Shown one piece after another: positions 9,143 to 20,032 of a DNA stretch of 64,000 nucleotides. The translations under genes were made by a program, and so were the position numbers. Where the stretch lies: positions 128,001 to 192,000 of the forward strand of contig OZ241986.1 of assembly GCA_965204375.1 (NCBI GenBank). Reading direction: 5' to 3'. This DNA comes from Candidatus Latescibacterota bacterium. GTDB taxonomy: Bacteria; Latescibacterota; UBA2968. The notes under the pieces were generated by a model. The model was not told the DNA's origin and searched no databases. It worked only from the letters and a program-made list of their open reading frames with translations. Position 1 is the first letter of the stretch. Each line of letters begins with the position of its first letter.

Positions 9143-9826
9143 ATGAAAAAGAAAGCGGTTGTCTTGCTCAGTGGTGGGTTGGATTCTACCACAACGCTGG
9201 CGATTGCCACAAATCGAGGTTATGCTTGTTACGCGATCACATTTCGCTATGGGCAGCGGCACGAAACCGAACTCGAATGTGCGAGAAAAATTGCCGCTCA
9301 TTTTGGCGTGCGGGATCACGTTATTGCCAATATTGATTCGCGTGCCTTTGGTGGTTCGGCATTAACCGACGATATCGATGTGCCAAAAAATCGGGATGAG
9401 AGTGAAATGTCCGACGGTATTCCGGTCACTTATGTCCCCGCTCGCAATACGATTTTTCTTTCTTATGCGCTTGCAATGGCCGAATCTTTGGACATTCGCG
9501 ATATTTTTATCGGTGTCAATGCCATTGATTACAGCGGTTATCCCGATTGCCGTCCCGAATATATCGCCGCGTTTCAAACCATGGCAAATTTCGCCACTAA
9601 AGCTGGTGTTGAAGGAGATACGTTCACCATCCACACGCCGCTTATTGATCTGACTAAGGTTGAGATTATAAAGCGAGGATTAGAACTCGGTGTTGATTAC
9701 GCTATGACCTGCACCTGTTACGATCCCGATACAGAAGGTCGCGCGTGCGGGCAGTGCGACGCCTGCCTGTTGCGCTTGCAGGGGTTTGCACAGAACGGTA
9801 TGAAAGATCCGGTGGCCTATCGGTAA
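9143..9826 (+). CDS. queC: 7-cyano-7-deazaguanine synthase
   Basis: SGGLDST, YVPARN, GYPDCR, CY...CGQCDAC. Confidence 0.97.
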   Translation: MKKKAVVLLSGGLDSTTTLAIATNRGYACYAITFRYGQRHETELECARKIAAHFGVRDHVIANIDSRAFGGSALTDDIDVPKNRDESEMSDGIPVTYVPARNTIFLSYALAMAESLDIRDIFIGVNAIDYSGYPDCRPEYIAAFQTMANFATKAGVEGDTFTIHTPLIDLTKVEIIKRGLELGVDYAMTCTCYDPDTEGRACGQCDACLLRLQGFAQNGMKDPVAYR

Positions 9827-9931
9827 GAGGTGACCCCTTTTGCCATAACGCCCAAAGTCAGCTTGCTAAATTTATGCGGATTTACGATCTTACAAAGTAG
9901 TTATCTCATTCACCTTCAAAGAATTGTGTTT

Positions 9932-11269
9932 ATGCCCGTTCTCTCACTCGACCAACTCATTGCCGATTATTGCGATCAAAACGCACACTCGCAACGTCTT
10001 TTCAAACGCGCACAAGAAGTTTTGCCCGGTGGCAATACGCGTACCGGTGTTTTTGTCAATCCCTTCCCGATTTACGCGGACCAGGGTGAGGGTGTTTATA
10101 TCGATGATGTCGATGGCAACCGCCGTCTCGACTTTGTCAACAACGCCACCGCCCTCATCCTCGGTCACGCCCATCCCGCTGTGAGCGATGCCCTGCGCGA
10201 GCGTATCAATAGTGGTACTGCCTTTTTTGGTCCGACCCAACTCGAAATCGAATGGGCAGAACTCCTGCGCGAGCGCGTCCCCTCCCTCGAACATCTGCGC
10301 TTTTGTAGTTCGGGTACCGAGTCTGTGGGCAATGCTCTGCGCGTTGCTCGCGCTTTTACGGGGCGTCAAAAAATTGCCAAATTTGAAGGTGCTTATCACG
10401 GTATTGACGATCCAGCTCTCATAAGCTATGTGCCACCTGTTACTCCCGATCTCGGTCCCGAAGACGCGCCTCATTCGGTGCTTTCTTCTGCCGGTCTTGC
10501 ACCCGCGACGGCTGAAAATGTCATTGTTTTGCCCTTTAACCATGCGCGTGCTTGTGAACATCTCATTCGTCAACACGCCGAAGAACTCGCATGCGTTATT
10601 ATTGATCCGCTTTCTACGGCTGCGGGTATGGCTTTGCCGGATCCCGAGTTTCTCACGCTCTTGCGCGATGTGACGCGAGAACTCGATATTCTTCTTATTT
10701 TTGATGAAATTGTCAGTTTTCGCATGACGTCGGGGGGCACACAGGCGGCGTACAATATTACGCCCGATTTGACCTGTCTGGCGAAGGTCATTGCTGGCGG
10801 TACTCCGGCTGGTGCTTTTGGTGGTCGCAAAGAGGTGATGGCTCTGTACGACCCCACATCTGGATCGCCTGCGATTCCTCAATCTGGCACGTATAATGGC
10901 AATCCGCTCGTGGCTATCGCTGGTCTTATGACTCTTAAAACCATGACTACCGATGCATATCGCCATATTGACTCGCTCACCGAATACATTGCCGCTGGTC
11001 TCAAAGAAGTTTTTAAAAGTGCCAGTATTACTGCGACTGTTGTCACTGCTGGCTCGCTTTTTCGCATCTACTTTCTCGACCAGGCACCTGCCAATTATCG
11101 CCAGGCTGCACGGGACAGCAGCGAAAAACACCGCTGGCTCTATTTTTATCTTTTGAACCACGGCATCGCGATTCGTCAAGGCGGCTGTGTTTCTCTTCCT
11201 ATGACGAGCACACACGCCGATGATTTGATCAACTGCGTGCGTGAGGGATTGCGCGTTTGGCCCTATTGA
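9932..11269 (+). CDS. Class III PLP aminotransferase (glutamate-1-semialdehyde aminomutase-like)
   Basis: SGTE, KFEGAYHG, FDEI, AKVIAGG, GTYNGNP. Confidence 0.9.
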   Translation: MPVLSLDQLIADYCDQNAHSQRLFKRAQEVLPGGNTRTGVFVNPFPIYADQGEGVYIDDVDGNRRLDFVNNATALILGHAHPAVSDALRERINSGTAFFGPTQLEIEWAELLRERVPSLEHLRFCSSGTESVGNALRVARAFTGRQKIAKFEGAYHGIDDPALISYVPPVTPDLGPEDAPHSVLSSAGLAPATAENVIVLPFNHARACEHLIRQHAEELACVIIDPLSTAAGMALPDPEFLTLLRDVTRELDILLIFDEIVSFRMTSGGTQAAYNITPDLTCLAKVIAGGTPAGAFGGRKEVMALYDPTSGSPAIPQSGTYNGNPLVAIAGLMTLKTMTTDAYRHIDSLTEYIAAGLKEVFKSASITATVVTAGSLFRIYFLDQAPANYRQAARDSSEKHRWLYFYLLNHGIAIRQGGCVSLPMTSTHADDLINCVREGLRVWPY

Positions 11270-11280
11270 TTCCAAAATAA

Positions 11281-12003
11281 ATGTCTGTATCTATACCAGA
11301 TGGCCTCGTTGTTCTCACCTTTGATGACGGTGTCAAATCACAACATACCTTCGCTGCCCCCATCTTGCTCGAATGCGGGTTCAATGCCACTTTTTATATC
11401 ACAGAGGGCTTGAATTTTCTCACGGATAAAACGCGCTATCTCACCTGGGAAGAAGTGCGCGAATTACACGATCTGGGCTTTGAAATTGGGAATCATACGC
11501 AGCAACACAAAAGCGTAGCTAACCAATCGCGGGAGGAACTTTTATCCGATATCCGCTACATCGATCAGCAATGCAACCGCTACGGTATCCCGATTCCCAC
11601 CACATTTTGCTACCCCGGCTACACCAATACTCCCGAAGCTGTTGATGTCCTCAATGAACGCGGTTTTACTTATGCCCGACGTGGCACTGCACCTGAATAT
11701 CCTTATAATAGGGAAGGTGGTCGCGGGCCAGCCTATAATCCCGAGCAACACGATCCGCTTCTCATTCCAACTACGGGCGCGTCGGGACCGCACTGGAACT
11801 TTGACGATTTCTTGTGGTCGCTTGATCAGGCTCAAAACGGTTGTGCCACAGTCCTCACCTTCCACGGAGTGCCCGACCTCGATCATCCATGGGTGCATAC
11901 CGAACCCGCATTTTTTGAACGTTGTATGCAACATCTCACAGATAATGGACACAGAGTAATCGCCCTGCGCGATCTCACAAACTACATCGCTATGGAGTCC
12001 TGA
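11281..12003 (+). CDS. Polysaccharide deacetylase (CE4/NodB)
   Basis: LTFDDG, NHTQQH, FCYP, LTFH. Confidence 0.9.
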   Translation: MSVSIPDGLVVLTFDDGVKSQHTFAAPILLECGFNATFYITEGLNFLTDKTRYLTWEEVRELHDLGFEIGNHTQQHKSVANQSREELLSDIRYIDQQCNRYGIPIPTTFCYPGYTNTPEAVDVLNERGFTYARRGTAPEYPYNREGGRGPAYNPEQHDPLLIPTTGASGPHWNFDDFLWSLDQAQNGCATVLTFHGVPDLDHPWVHTEPAFFERCMQHLTDNGHRVIALRDLTNYIAMES

Positions 12004-12004
12004 T

Positions 12005-12805
12005 ATGGTCGATTCTCTTCCCCTTATTGCCTACGACACGCTTGCAGAGCAAACCGAAGCCCTGTACCGCGATGGCTATGCCTATCTGCCTGATGTATTG
12101 GCGTGCGATCAAGTGGCAAAACTCCGCGATCATATGGACGCGCTTACACCTATCCCGGAAAGTTTTGACAAAAATGGGCGTCCCGAAGATATCGGTTTTA
12201 TAAATAAACACATCAACAATGCGTTCAACCGACATTCTCATTTTCTGCAATTTCTCGACCGCCCCGGTGTGATCGAGGTCGCTGAAGCTATACATGGCGA
12301 CGATTGCCACTGTATCGGTATGACCGCATGGATGACAGGTCCTGGTCGCCCCGACCAGAATCTCCACACCGACTGGCTTCCCCTGAGTCTGCCCGCAGAT
12401 ATACTTGAGGATTCTCGGGTACGTATTCCTATTTTTATCACTACGGCGCATTTCTATCTCGATGACATTACCGAAGAACTTGGTCCCACTAATTTTATTC
12501 CCGGTAGCCACCTTTCGGGCAGAAGTCCCAATGGGGATACAACGTGGAAAGATCAGACTGAAAAGTCCATTATGTGCAATGCCGGCGATGTGGTCATTTT
12601 CCGCAGCGAGGTCTGGCATCGCGGTACGGCCAATACCAGCGATAAGACGCGTTATTTGCTTCAAGTCCACTATGCGAAACGCATGATTACGCAAAAATAC
12701 CCCCCGTATCTCAACCGTTTCCAGTTTGACCCCGAAATTCTCGAGCAGGCGACGCCGCGTCAGCGCCGTCTGATGGGCGATCACAAAAGCAGCAATTACG
12801 ATTGA
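12005..12805 (+). CDS. Phytanoyl-CoA dioxygenase family protein
   Basis: LHTD...PGSH...WHRG...R facial triad intact. Confidence 0.9.
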   Translation: MVDSLPLIAYDTLAEQTEALYRDGYAYLPDVLACDQVAKLRDHMDALTPIPESFDKNGRPEDIGFINKHINNAFNRHSHFLQFLDRPGVIEVAEAIHGDDCHCIGMTAWMTGPGRPDQNLHTDWLPLSLPADILEDSRVRIPIFITTAHFYLDDITEELGPTNFIPGSHLSGRSPNGDTTWKDQTEKSIMCNAGDVVIFRSEVWHRGTANTSDKTRYLLQVHYAKRMITQKYPPYLNRFQFDPEILEQATPRQRRLMGDHKSSNYD

Positions 12806-12815
12806 GGAGTACACT

Positions 12816-13250
12816 GTGACTTTCTTGATAGGATATTATCTGTGGCTAAAAGTTGTACATCTCATTGCCATGATTGGCTGGATGGTCGGTATTTTGTATT
12901 TGCCGCGGCTTTTTGCGTATCACGCCGATGCCTCTACTGATACAGATGCGGTGTTTCAGCAGATGGAATACAACCTTATGCGGCTTCTGCTTATGCCCTG
13001 TATGATTGTCGTTTTTATTACGGGCATTCTTTTGATTATTGCAACGGAGAGCCTGGCGAGCGGGTGGCTTCACACCAAAATTCTACTCGTGCTCATGCTC
13101 GCCGGATTGCACGGTATGATGTCGCGCCAGCGCAAAAATTTCCAACGTGGCGAAAATACCAGAAGCGCGGCGTACTTTCGCACATTTAGCCACGTTACAA
13201 CGCTTATTGTGATCCTCGTTGTGGCGCTGGCTGTTCTAAAACCTTTTTAG
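12816..13250 (+). CDS. hemJ: Protoporphyrinogen oxidase HemJ (CopD family)
   Basis: KVVHL...W..G.LYLPRLFAYH, WLHTK, KPF end. Confidence 0.85.
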   Translation: MTFLIGYYLWLKVVHLIAMIGWMVGILYLPRLFAYHADASTDTDAVFQQMEYNLMRLLLMPCMIVVFITGILLIIATESLASGWLHTKILLVLMLAGLHGMMSRQRKNFQRGENTRSAAYFRTFSHVTTLIVILVVALAVLKPF

Positions 13251-13272
13251 TGTTGTGACCCTTTGAGTAGGA

Positions 13273-14028
13273 GTGAACATGGCAAACGACGAATTTGTGA
13301 TTCCGCGACGATTGATCAATTCGGACCGGGAAGAAACACCGAGGTCCTTGCTGGATCTGATTGAACAGGGGCCATTCGATTTGGATACGGCGGCGTGGTG
13401 GATGTCGCATGTGACGAATGGGGCATCGTGGATTGTGGGGTCGGGTCCGGGCGGAATCGGGAAATCGACGACGATGCGTTCCTTTCTGAGCGTTGTACCC
13501 GGAGATCGGGCATTTGCGATTGCGATGCCAGGGGAGATCCCACAGCTCGCGGATCAGAAACGCTGCACGATTGCGCTCGAGTTGAGCGATCATCGGCCGC
13601 CCGGCTACCTTTGGGACCAGGATCTGCGTGACTTCTTCGATCTGTCGAAGGCGGGACATCAGCTTGTGGGGAATGTCCACGCGGATACGTTGGAAGAGAC
13701 GCGTGAACAGATCGTCGGGGCGTGTAGCGTTCCCGAGGAACAGTTCCGTCACATCAACATCATCGCATTTGTCTGGCTGGAAGGTCATGAACGTGGACAC
13801 AGCAGGCGGATCAGGGATCAGACATCGCGGCGGTTTCTGACAAGTGTGCACTACACCGATGGTTCAGGTGCTCACGAGCAAGTCTATTCGGAAGGGGCAG
13901 GACTCTCGCCCAACGCACCGAGGGATGTGGAACACGAGGCAAAGTGCCGAACATTTTTGGAGGAGGCATTGGGAGAAGCGTCGCGGGATATAGATGAATT
14001 GAGGGAGCGATATCTGGCCTGGCATTAG
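13273..14028 (+). CDS. Small P-loop NTPase, VirB11/CpaF-like core
   Basis: GPGGIGKST Walker A; VHAD His-box-like. Confidence 0.6.
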   Translation: MNMANDEFVIPRRLINSDREETPRSLLDLIEQGPFDLDTAAWWMSHVTNGASWIVGSGPGGIGKSTTMRSFLSVVPGDRAFAIAMPGEIPQLADQKRCTIALELSDHRPPGYLWDQDLRDFFDLSKAGHQLVGNVHADTLEETREQIVGACSVPEEQFRHINIIAFVWLEGHERGHSRRIRDQTSRRFLTSVHYTDGSGAHEQVYSEGAGLSPNAPRDVEHEAKCRTFLEEALGEASRDIDELRERYLAWH

Positions 14029-14078
14029 GAGCGGTAGATCCCCTTCGACTGGTAGCAGTCTCACGGACCTTTTTTCGA

Positions 14079-15209
14079 TCAGGTCTGGATCTGTTCCAGC
14101 CAGCCTTCCAGGGTGTAGATCGGGTCGCCGATTTCCTCCGGACGGAGGCACGATAGGTCGGTGCGGTGTATGGGTCGAATGCCGAGGTCGGGGAGGGTGG
14201 CTCCGCGCTGGTGGAGGTCGGTGCCGTAGAGTTTTTCCAGGACGATGCCGTTGGCGTCGCACCAGTCGCCCGAGTTGAGGGTGGTCAGGCTCTCTTTGGG
14301 GTCGAAACTGGGGGCACCGAGGTAGCGGTGGATCCATTTTAGGGCGACGGTGTAGCCGAAGTAGGGTCGATGCCCTCCCGCCGGTTCGAACCAGCAAGCG
14401 ATGTGGCCGTCCGGGAAATTCGGCGCTGCGCTGGCCACGGCGTTCCGGGTACCTTCCCACGCGGCGCCGTCTCCCTCTGTGTCGATGATGATGTCGGCGT
14501 CGCCGTTGAGAATGAGGACGGCGCAGTGGGGCGCCGCCAGAGAGAGGAATTCCGGCCAGGTACAGAGGGTGCGCAGGCGCTGATTCGGGACGCGGGTGCA
14601 GAATTTGCCGGTGACTGTCATGGTGTCACACAGCGCCCAACCGGAGACCAGAGCCAGCTTGAGGCGGGTGTCGAGGGCCAGCATCCAGGAGGCCTTGGCG
14701 CCGCCGAGGGAGTTTCCCGCCACACCGACGCGCTCCCGGTCGATGTCGCTCCGGGTGAAGAGGAAATCGATTCCCCGCATCGTGTCGAAGACGAGCTTAC
14801 CCATGATGAGCCGGCCAGCCTCATCGGCGCAGGTGTGGACCTCTTCGGGGTCGTGCGCCCGGGTACCTATGTCGCCGCAGATGTGACGCTCTTCTTCTCC
14901 GACCGGGTCCAGAACCAGGCAGGCCAGCCCGAGTTTGGCATAGAGTTGGGGGATGTAGGTGTACTGCCACTGGCTTTTGCTGCCGCCATGACCACAGGTC
15001 ATCACGATGGATGGCATGGGTGCGATGGAGCGTGCGGGGCGATAGAGTACGGATGGGACGCGGGAACCGGGTTCGCTCGTCCAGATCCATTTTTCGACGA
15101 CGATTCCATCCCGTTCGATCTGTCCGCGGGACTCCGGAGCCAGGTCGCAGCGGACCGTGGGGATGCCCAGGAGGTCGCGCAGGGCGCGGCGGAGGGATTC
15201 GGTTTGCAT
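14079..15209 (-). CDS. Alpha/beta hydrolase (acetylxylan esterase/dienelactone hydrolase-like)
   Basis: GHGG, GNSLGG nucleophile elbow, GDAD, GGH. Confidence 0.85.
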   Translation of the reverse strand: MQTESLRRALRDLLGIPTVRCDLAPESRGQIERDGIVVEKWIWTSEPGSRVPSVLYRPARSIAPMPSIVMTCGHGGSKSQWQYTYIPQLYAKLGLACLVLDPVGEEERHICGDIGTRAHDPEEVHTCADEAGRLIMGKLVFDTMRGIDFLFTRSDIDRERVGVAGNSLGGAKASWMLALDTRLKLALVSGWALCDTMTVTGKFCTRVPNQRLRTLCTWPEFLSLAAPHCAVLILNGDADIIIDTEGDGAAWEGTRNAVASAAPNFPDGHIACWFEPAGGHRPYFGYTVALKWIHRYLGAPSFDPKESLTTLNSGDWCDANGIVLEKLYGTDLHQRGATLPDLGIRPIHRTDLSCLRPEEIGDPIYTLEGWLEQIQT

Positions 15210-15287
15210 GGGAAAGCTCTTTAGCTGGACAGCGGGATGTCGGCGTGCTGTGAGACGGTGAAGGTCCGTCCTGTAGATAGGAAAGAA

Positions 15288-15672
15288 TGGTGGAGGCGGC
15301 GGGAATCGAACCCGCGTCCGAAAGCGGTTTGATAACGGCATCTACGTGTGTAGTCTATTCACTTAGAATCTCGCACCCCGCGCCCCAACAGACAGGGTCG
15401 CTGAGATGCCAGCCCGATGGTTGGGGCTGTGGCCCACTCTCATCCGGAGGCCCTCGAGCGGAAACCCCCGCACCAGCCTGCTCTCGTCGGCGCTCTGCCC
15501 AGACCACGCAGGCAAGGTCTGAGAGAACGGACTGCGTAACGGTTAGTTAGGCAGCCATTGCGTACGTGTTATCGTCCGCAGTTGCGTTTTTTCCCAATTG
15601 TTTTACGAGGTGATTGGGCACCTCGACACGCAGCTATTATCTCTCCACCCCCGTCGAAGCCGTGTCGCCCCC
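15288..15672 (-). ncRNA. ssrA: tmRNA, tag peptide (A)ADDNTYAMAA*
   Basis: 5' GGGGGCGAC..TTCGAC; 3' GGTTCGATTCCCGCCGCCTCCACCA; tag ORF at 15579..15547. Confidence 0.97.
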
Positions 15673-15684
15673 AGCACGTTCAAA

Positions 15685-15713
15685 AATATATCTAAGTTAG
15701 TCCTTCCAGTCAA
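15685..15713 (-). promoter_or_regulatory. sigma70 promoter of ssrA
   Basis: TTGACT-17-TATATT. Confidence 0.75.
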
Positions 15714-15722
15714 GCGGTCAGC

Positions 15723-16658
15723 CTAATTCTCCTTAAACCACTCAATTGTCTGTCGCAATCCCTGCTCTGGCGTCACCTGAGGTTTCCATCCCAGGAGTTT
15801 TTTGGCCAGGGTGATATCGGGTTGTCGCATTTGAGGATCGTCGCCGATTTGTGCATTGGGCATCAGCGCGATTTCGCTTTTGCTTTCGGTTAGTTCAATA
15901 ATCTTTTTTGCCAGATCTAACATCGATGTTTCACTCGATGGATTGCCGATATTTACGGGCGCGTGATAATCGGCGTGCATCAATCGATAGATCCCTTCAA
16001 TCAGGTCTGAGACATAACAAATACTGCGCGTTTGACTGCCATCGCCATATACTTTCAATGGTTCACCTGCCAGTGCCCGATTGACAAAATTGGGAATGGC
16101 TCGTCCATCGTTTTTGCGCATGCGAGGACCATAGGTATTAAAAATTCGCACAATCCGCGTATCGATCCCGCTTTCGCGGTGATAGGCCATTGTCATGGCT
16201 TCGGCAAAGCGCTTGGCTTCGTCATAGACACCACGCACGCCCAGTGTATTGACATTGCCCAAATACGATTCTGGCTGCGGATGCACCAGCGGATCGCCGT
16301 AAATCTCGGATGTTGAGGCCAAAAAAAATTTCGCTTTTTTTGCACGCGCCACACCGAGCGCGTTGTGCGTACCGTGCGCGCCCACTTTCAGGATGCGAAT
16401 GGGATAGCGCGAAAAATCATCGGGGCTGGCCGGGCTGGCGAAATGCAATACATAATCCAGAGGTCCTTTCACGTAGATGTATTGCGTCACATCGTGTTTG
16501 ATAAATGTAAAACCATCCCGACCAAACAGGTGTGCGATATTTTTTGCACGTCCAGTCAACAGGTTGTCCATGACAATTAGTTCGTGCCCTTCATCCAGCA
16601 ATCGGTCGCACAAATGCGACCCCAAAAACCCCGCACCACCTGTTAGTAAGATACGCAT
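15723..16658 (-). CDS. UDP-glucuronate decarboxylase-like extended SDR
   Basis: [37 protein letters not shown]. Confidence 0.92.
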   Translation of the reverse strand: MRILLTGGAGFLGSHLCDRLLDEGHELIVMDNLLTGRAKNIAHLFGRDGFTFIKHDVTQYIYVKGPLDYVLHFASPASPDDFSRYPIRILKVGAHGTHNALGVARAKKAKFFLASTSEIYGDPLVHPQPESYLGNVNTLGVRGVYDEAKRFAEAMTMAYHRESGIDTRIVRIFNTYGPRMRKNDGRAIPNFVNRALAGEPLKVYGDGSQTRSICYVSDLIEGIYRLMHADYHAPVNIGNPSSETSMLDLAKKIIELTESKSEIALMPNAQIGDDPQMRQPDITLAKKLLGWKPQVTPEQGLRQTIEWFKEN

Positions 16659-16668
16659 ATAGTTCCTG

Positions 16669-18015
16669 TTACAGTTTAAAGACGTGATCTTTGTTTCCAG
16701 ATACGGCCTGTGTGGCATTGCGCGTATCGACAATACAACGCGCGTGCTTGACTATCCATTCATAATCCCAATTGCTGTGATGTGTCACAATCACCACACA
16801 ATGGGCTTCAGTTGTATTTTTTTTATTTAAAGAGGTACTTTTCAAATCCAAATTTTCTGTCTGCAAGTGATCTACAAACGGATCGCAATACGAAACTTTC
16901 GCACCTTTCTCCTGAAGCATTTCTATAATATCCAATGCTGGCGACTCGCGAATATCGCGTACATCGGGTTTGTACGTCACGCCCAATATCAGGATGTTCG
17001 AGCCTTTCAAACACCGCTCGTATTCGTTGAGGGCGTCGGTGATTTTTTCGACTACATAGCCCGGCATGCTGCGCGTCACTTCGCTGGCCAATTCTATAAA
17101 GCGCGCATTGTAATTCAAGGTCTTCAATTTCCAGGCCAGAAAGTGAGGATCAACCGGGATGCAATGCCCGCCCAACCCAGGACCGGGATAAAATGGCATG
17201 AACCCAAACGGCTTGGTCGCTGCGGCATCGATTACTTCCCAAACATCCACCCCCAGGCGGTCACACATCAGGGCCACTTCATTGACAAGGCCGATATTTA
17301 CACTGCGAAATGTATTTTCCAGCAACTTGGTCATTTCTGCTGCTTGGGTTGATGAGACCGGTACGACTTCGCCGATCGATTGTCGGTAAAAATGCGTGCC
17401 TATTTCTGTGCAAGACGGGGTAATACCACCCACGACTTTGGGCGTGTTGGTGATGGTATAAACCCTGTTGCCCGGATCGACGCGCTCTGGGGAAAATGCC
17501 AGAAAAAAATCTCGACCGACTTTCAAGCCACTTTCTTCGAGCAGTGGCAATACCAGTTCATGGGTCGTCCCTGGATACGTCGTGCTCTCCAAAATCACCA
17601 GTTGTCCACGGCGCAGTCGGTCTTTGATTGCACCACATGCTTGTAGTATAAACGAGACATCCGGATCGCGTGTTTTATTTAATGGTGTGGGCACACATAC
17701 CACAACCACATCGGCCTCATTGAGCACATCGCATTCTCGCGTGGCTGTCAATTTCCCCACAGCTTTGAGACCCGCTACCTCAAATTCCGATACACCCTGC
17801 ACATCGGACTTTCCCGATTCTACCAGATCTACTTTGCGCGACGATGTATCGATTCCCGTGACAGAAAACCCCACCTTGCCCAATTCCACGGATAGGGTCA
17901 ATCCCACATACCCCAATCCCATCACCGCTATCCGCGCTTCGTGCGATGCGATTTTTTCCTCCAGCATCTGTCTGGGGTTGGCGATTTCCCGAGGTAATCT
18001 TTCCGGTATAGCCAT
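16669..18015 (-). CDS. Nucleotide-sugar dehydrogenase (UDP-GlcNAc 6-dehydrogenase, WbpA-like)
   Basis: [29 protein letters not shown]. Confidence 0.93.
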   Translation of the reverse strand: MAIPERLPREIANPRQMLEEKIASHEARIAVMGLGYVGLTLSVELGKVGFSVTGIDTSSRKVDLVESGKSDVQGVSEFEVAGLKAVGKLTATRECDVLNEADVVVVCVPTPLNKTRDPDVSFILQACGAIKDRLRRGQLVILESTTYPGTTHELVLPLLEESGLKVGRDFFLAFSPERVDPGNRVYTITNTPKVVGGITPSCTEIGTHFYRQSIGEVVPVSSTQAAEMTKLLENTFRSVNIGLVNEVALMCDRLGVDVWEVIDAAATKPFGFMPFYPGPGLGGHCIPVDPHFLAWKLKTLNYNARFIELASEVTRSMPGYVVEKITDALNEYERCLKGSNILILGVTYKPDVRDIRESPALDIIEMLQEKGAKVSYCDPFVDHLQTENLDLKSTSLNKKNTTEAHCVVIVTHHSNWDYEWIVKHARCIVDTRNATQAVSGNKDHVFKL

Positions 18016-18944
18016 TATGTTATCCGCTCTGGTCCGATCATTTGAATCAATACGGCCTTTTGAATGTGCATGCGATTCTCTGCTTGATCCACAGCAATAC
18101 ATCGCTCGCTTGCCATGACCTCATCCGTTACTTCATATTCCTTGTGTGCAGGTAAGCAGTGCATTACATAAGCATCTGTCTTTTTGAGCAATTCGCTATT
18201 GATCTGATATGGCATGAATACTTTGGTGCGTCGCTTCTTTTCCTCTGAAAATTCTGGATTGTTAAAAAATTCCATATCAATCCACGTATCGGTATAAACA
18301 AAATCTGCATCGGCAACAGCAGCTTCCAGATCCAGCGTTTCTTCAAACAACCCGGTTGCACGCGCTGCTTTAACCAGTTCGGGGTCTGCCGATGGCTTGT
18401 TGATCTCTGGCGTCACAGCCGTTATGCGTACGCCTGCTTTTGTGCACGCTGTCACCAGCGAATTGCACACATTGTTCCAGATGCCCACATAAACGACATG
18501 CGTTCCCGCCAACTTGCCTCGCACTTCCAGGATCGATAGCAGATCGCCCAGGGCTTGACAGGGGTGATAGCGGTCACAACATCCGTTGATCACAGGGACT
18601 TCGGAGCCGAGAGTCAGCCGCAGCAGATCTTCGTGTTTGAGCATGCGCGCCATAATCACATCGGCATATCGCGACAGGACCTGTGCCTCATCGCGCACAT
18701 CAGCCAATCCAAAATTGGTGGTCATCCAGTCCAAAAATACGGCCTGACCTCCCAATTGATGCATGCCCACTTCAAAAGATACGCGGGTGCGCGTCGATGT
18801 TTTCTGAAATAACATCGCCAAAGTTTGTCCCTTTAGCAAACCTTCATAGCGCTCGGGATTCTTTTTGATCACCAGCCCCATTTCTACCGCATGCAAAATA
18901 TCATCTGGCGACCACGTCTTCAGTGTCAAAAGATCCATATCCAT
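18015..18944 (-). CDS. argF: Ornithine carbamoyltransferase
   Basis: STRT, HPCQ, HCLP, QAENR; ornithine-site motif reads WIDM rather than SMG. Confidence 0.85.
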   Translation of the reverse strand: MDMDLLTLKTWSPDDILHAVEMGLVIKKNPERYEGLLKGQTLAMLFQKTSTRTRVSFEVGMHQLGGQAVFLDWMTTNFGLADVRDEAQVLSRYADVIMARMLKHEDLLRLTLGSEVPVINGCCDRYHPCQALGDLLSILEVRGKLAGTHVVYVGIWNNVCNSLVTACTKAGVRITAVTPEINKPSADPELVKAARATGLFEETLDLEAAVADADFVYTDTWIDMEFFNNPEFSEEKKRRTKVFMPYQINSELLKKTDAYVMHCLPAHKEYEVTDEVMASERCIAVDQAENRMHIQKAVLIQMIGPERIT

Positions 18945-19027
18945 TTCCTTTCTATTGAACCGCTGCTACAGCCTGCCCCTGCTGGAATCAAAGCAGGGGT
19001 TGCCAGGCCAGGGGGAGTTTCATCGAT

Positions 19028-19987
19028 TCACAATTGTTCGCGCACAACAGATAGCAAACGCGCTTGCACTTCGTCAACAGTGCCTTTAATCTCGCACCCC
19101 GATGCGCGGATGTGACCGCCACCATCAAATTGACGGGCAATGCGATTGACATCCACTTTTCCCCGCGACCGTAAACTCACGCGCTGTTGTCCAGGCTCCT
19201 GTTCTTTGAAAAATAGTGCGACTTCAACCCCGTCAATCGACATCGCGTGATCGACCACGCCATCCAGATCGCCATTCATCGCATGGATTTTGTGATCGAC
19301 GTACAATGTACTGATCTGTCCATTTTCGTGTAGCGTTAGATTCGACAGCGCGAATCCCAGGGTTTTCACCGTTTGGTACGTTTGATGCGAAAACATGTTC
19401 TCCGCAATCTGTTGCGGGTCAGCGCCGTGCGTAACGAGTTCTGCGGCAGCGCGGAGTGCGCGTTCTGGATGCGAATGTTTAAATAGCTTTGTGTCAAAAA
19501 CAAGTCCGGCATATAAACACGTTGCTATCTCGGGTGTAAACCCCGAATTACTACGACGGGCGTGCCGGTTTATGAGCAAATAGATCAATTCACTGACAGA
19601 ACTGGCATCTGGATCAATCACCCGTACATCGCCCTTCTCATCTGCATCTACATGGTGATCGATCACCAGCGTTTTTGTCGCAGGCCCAATCAGATTCGCG
19701 ACATCGCCAATGCGTTTTTTCGATGTCGTCGTATCCACCACCACGAGGCGCGGTACTACTGGAATCGAGCGGTACACCGATTCTATGCGATCATAGCCCG
19801 GCAAAAACCGATATTTGCGATCCGGCGTCTCGTCCGCCACCACAATGCGGTGCTTTTGATTCTGGCGCGTCAACCAGTGGCTCAACCCCAATAACGCACC
19901 GAGGCCATCGCCATCGGCATTCACATGCGTTGTCAGCACGAGTTCCTCGCCTGCCAACAAAAAATTCAGAGCCGCTTGAAAGTCCAT
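19028..19987 (-). CDS. nrnA: DHH/DHHA1 phosphoesterase (NrnA-like)
   Basis: H.NADGD, IDHH, SLRS, GGGH. Confidence 0.9.
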   Translation of the reverse strand: MDFQAALNFLLAGEELVLTTHVNADGDGLGALLGLSHWLTRQNQKHRIVVADETPDRKYRFLPGYDRIESVYRSIPVVPRLVVVDTTTSKKRIGDVANLIGPATKTLVIDHHVDADEKGDVRVIDPDASSVSELIYLLINRHARRSNSGFTPEIATCLYAGLVFDTKLFKHSHPERALRAAAELVTHGADPQQIAENMFSHQTYQTVKTLGFALSNLTLHENGQISTLYVDHKIHAMNGDLDGVVDHAMSIDGVEVALFFKEQEPGQQRVSLRSRGKVDVNRIARQFDGGGHIRASGCEIKGTVDEVQARLLSVVREQL

Positions 19988-20032
19988 TGTTATATCCAAA
20001 TGTACATATCAATGCAAGAGGATAGCTATTCG

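Noticed and set aside
9944-11275. 443-aa antisense ORF
   Set aside because: Shadow of the aminotransferase on the opposite strand; no recognisable motifs
14209-14217. TGGTGGAGG as possible att copy of the tmRNA 3' end
   Set aside because: Only 9 nt, inside an intact CDS, and no integrase
14370-15224. 284-aa plus-strand ORF
   Set aside because: Antisense shadow of the GC-rich hydrolase
15210-15550. Hydrolase N-terminal extension and 87-aa ORF
   Set aside because: Both overlap tmRNA; the real start is more likely 15209
18956-19030. SRP RNA, 6S RNA or known riboswitch
   Set aside because: Lacks the SRP core motif, too short for 6S, no recognised aptamer consensus; kept only as an unknown structure
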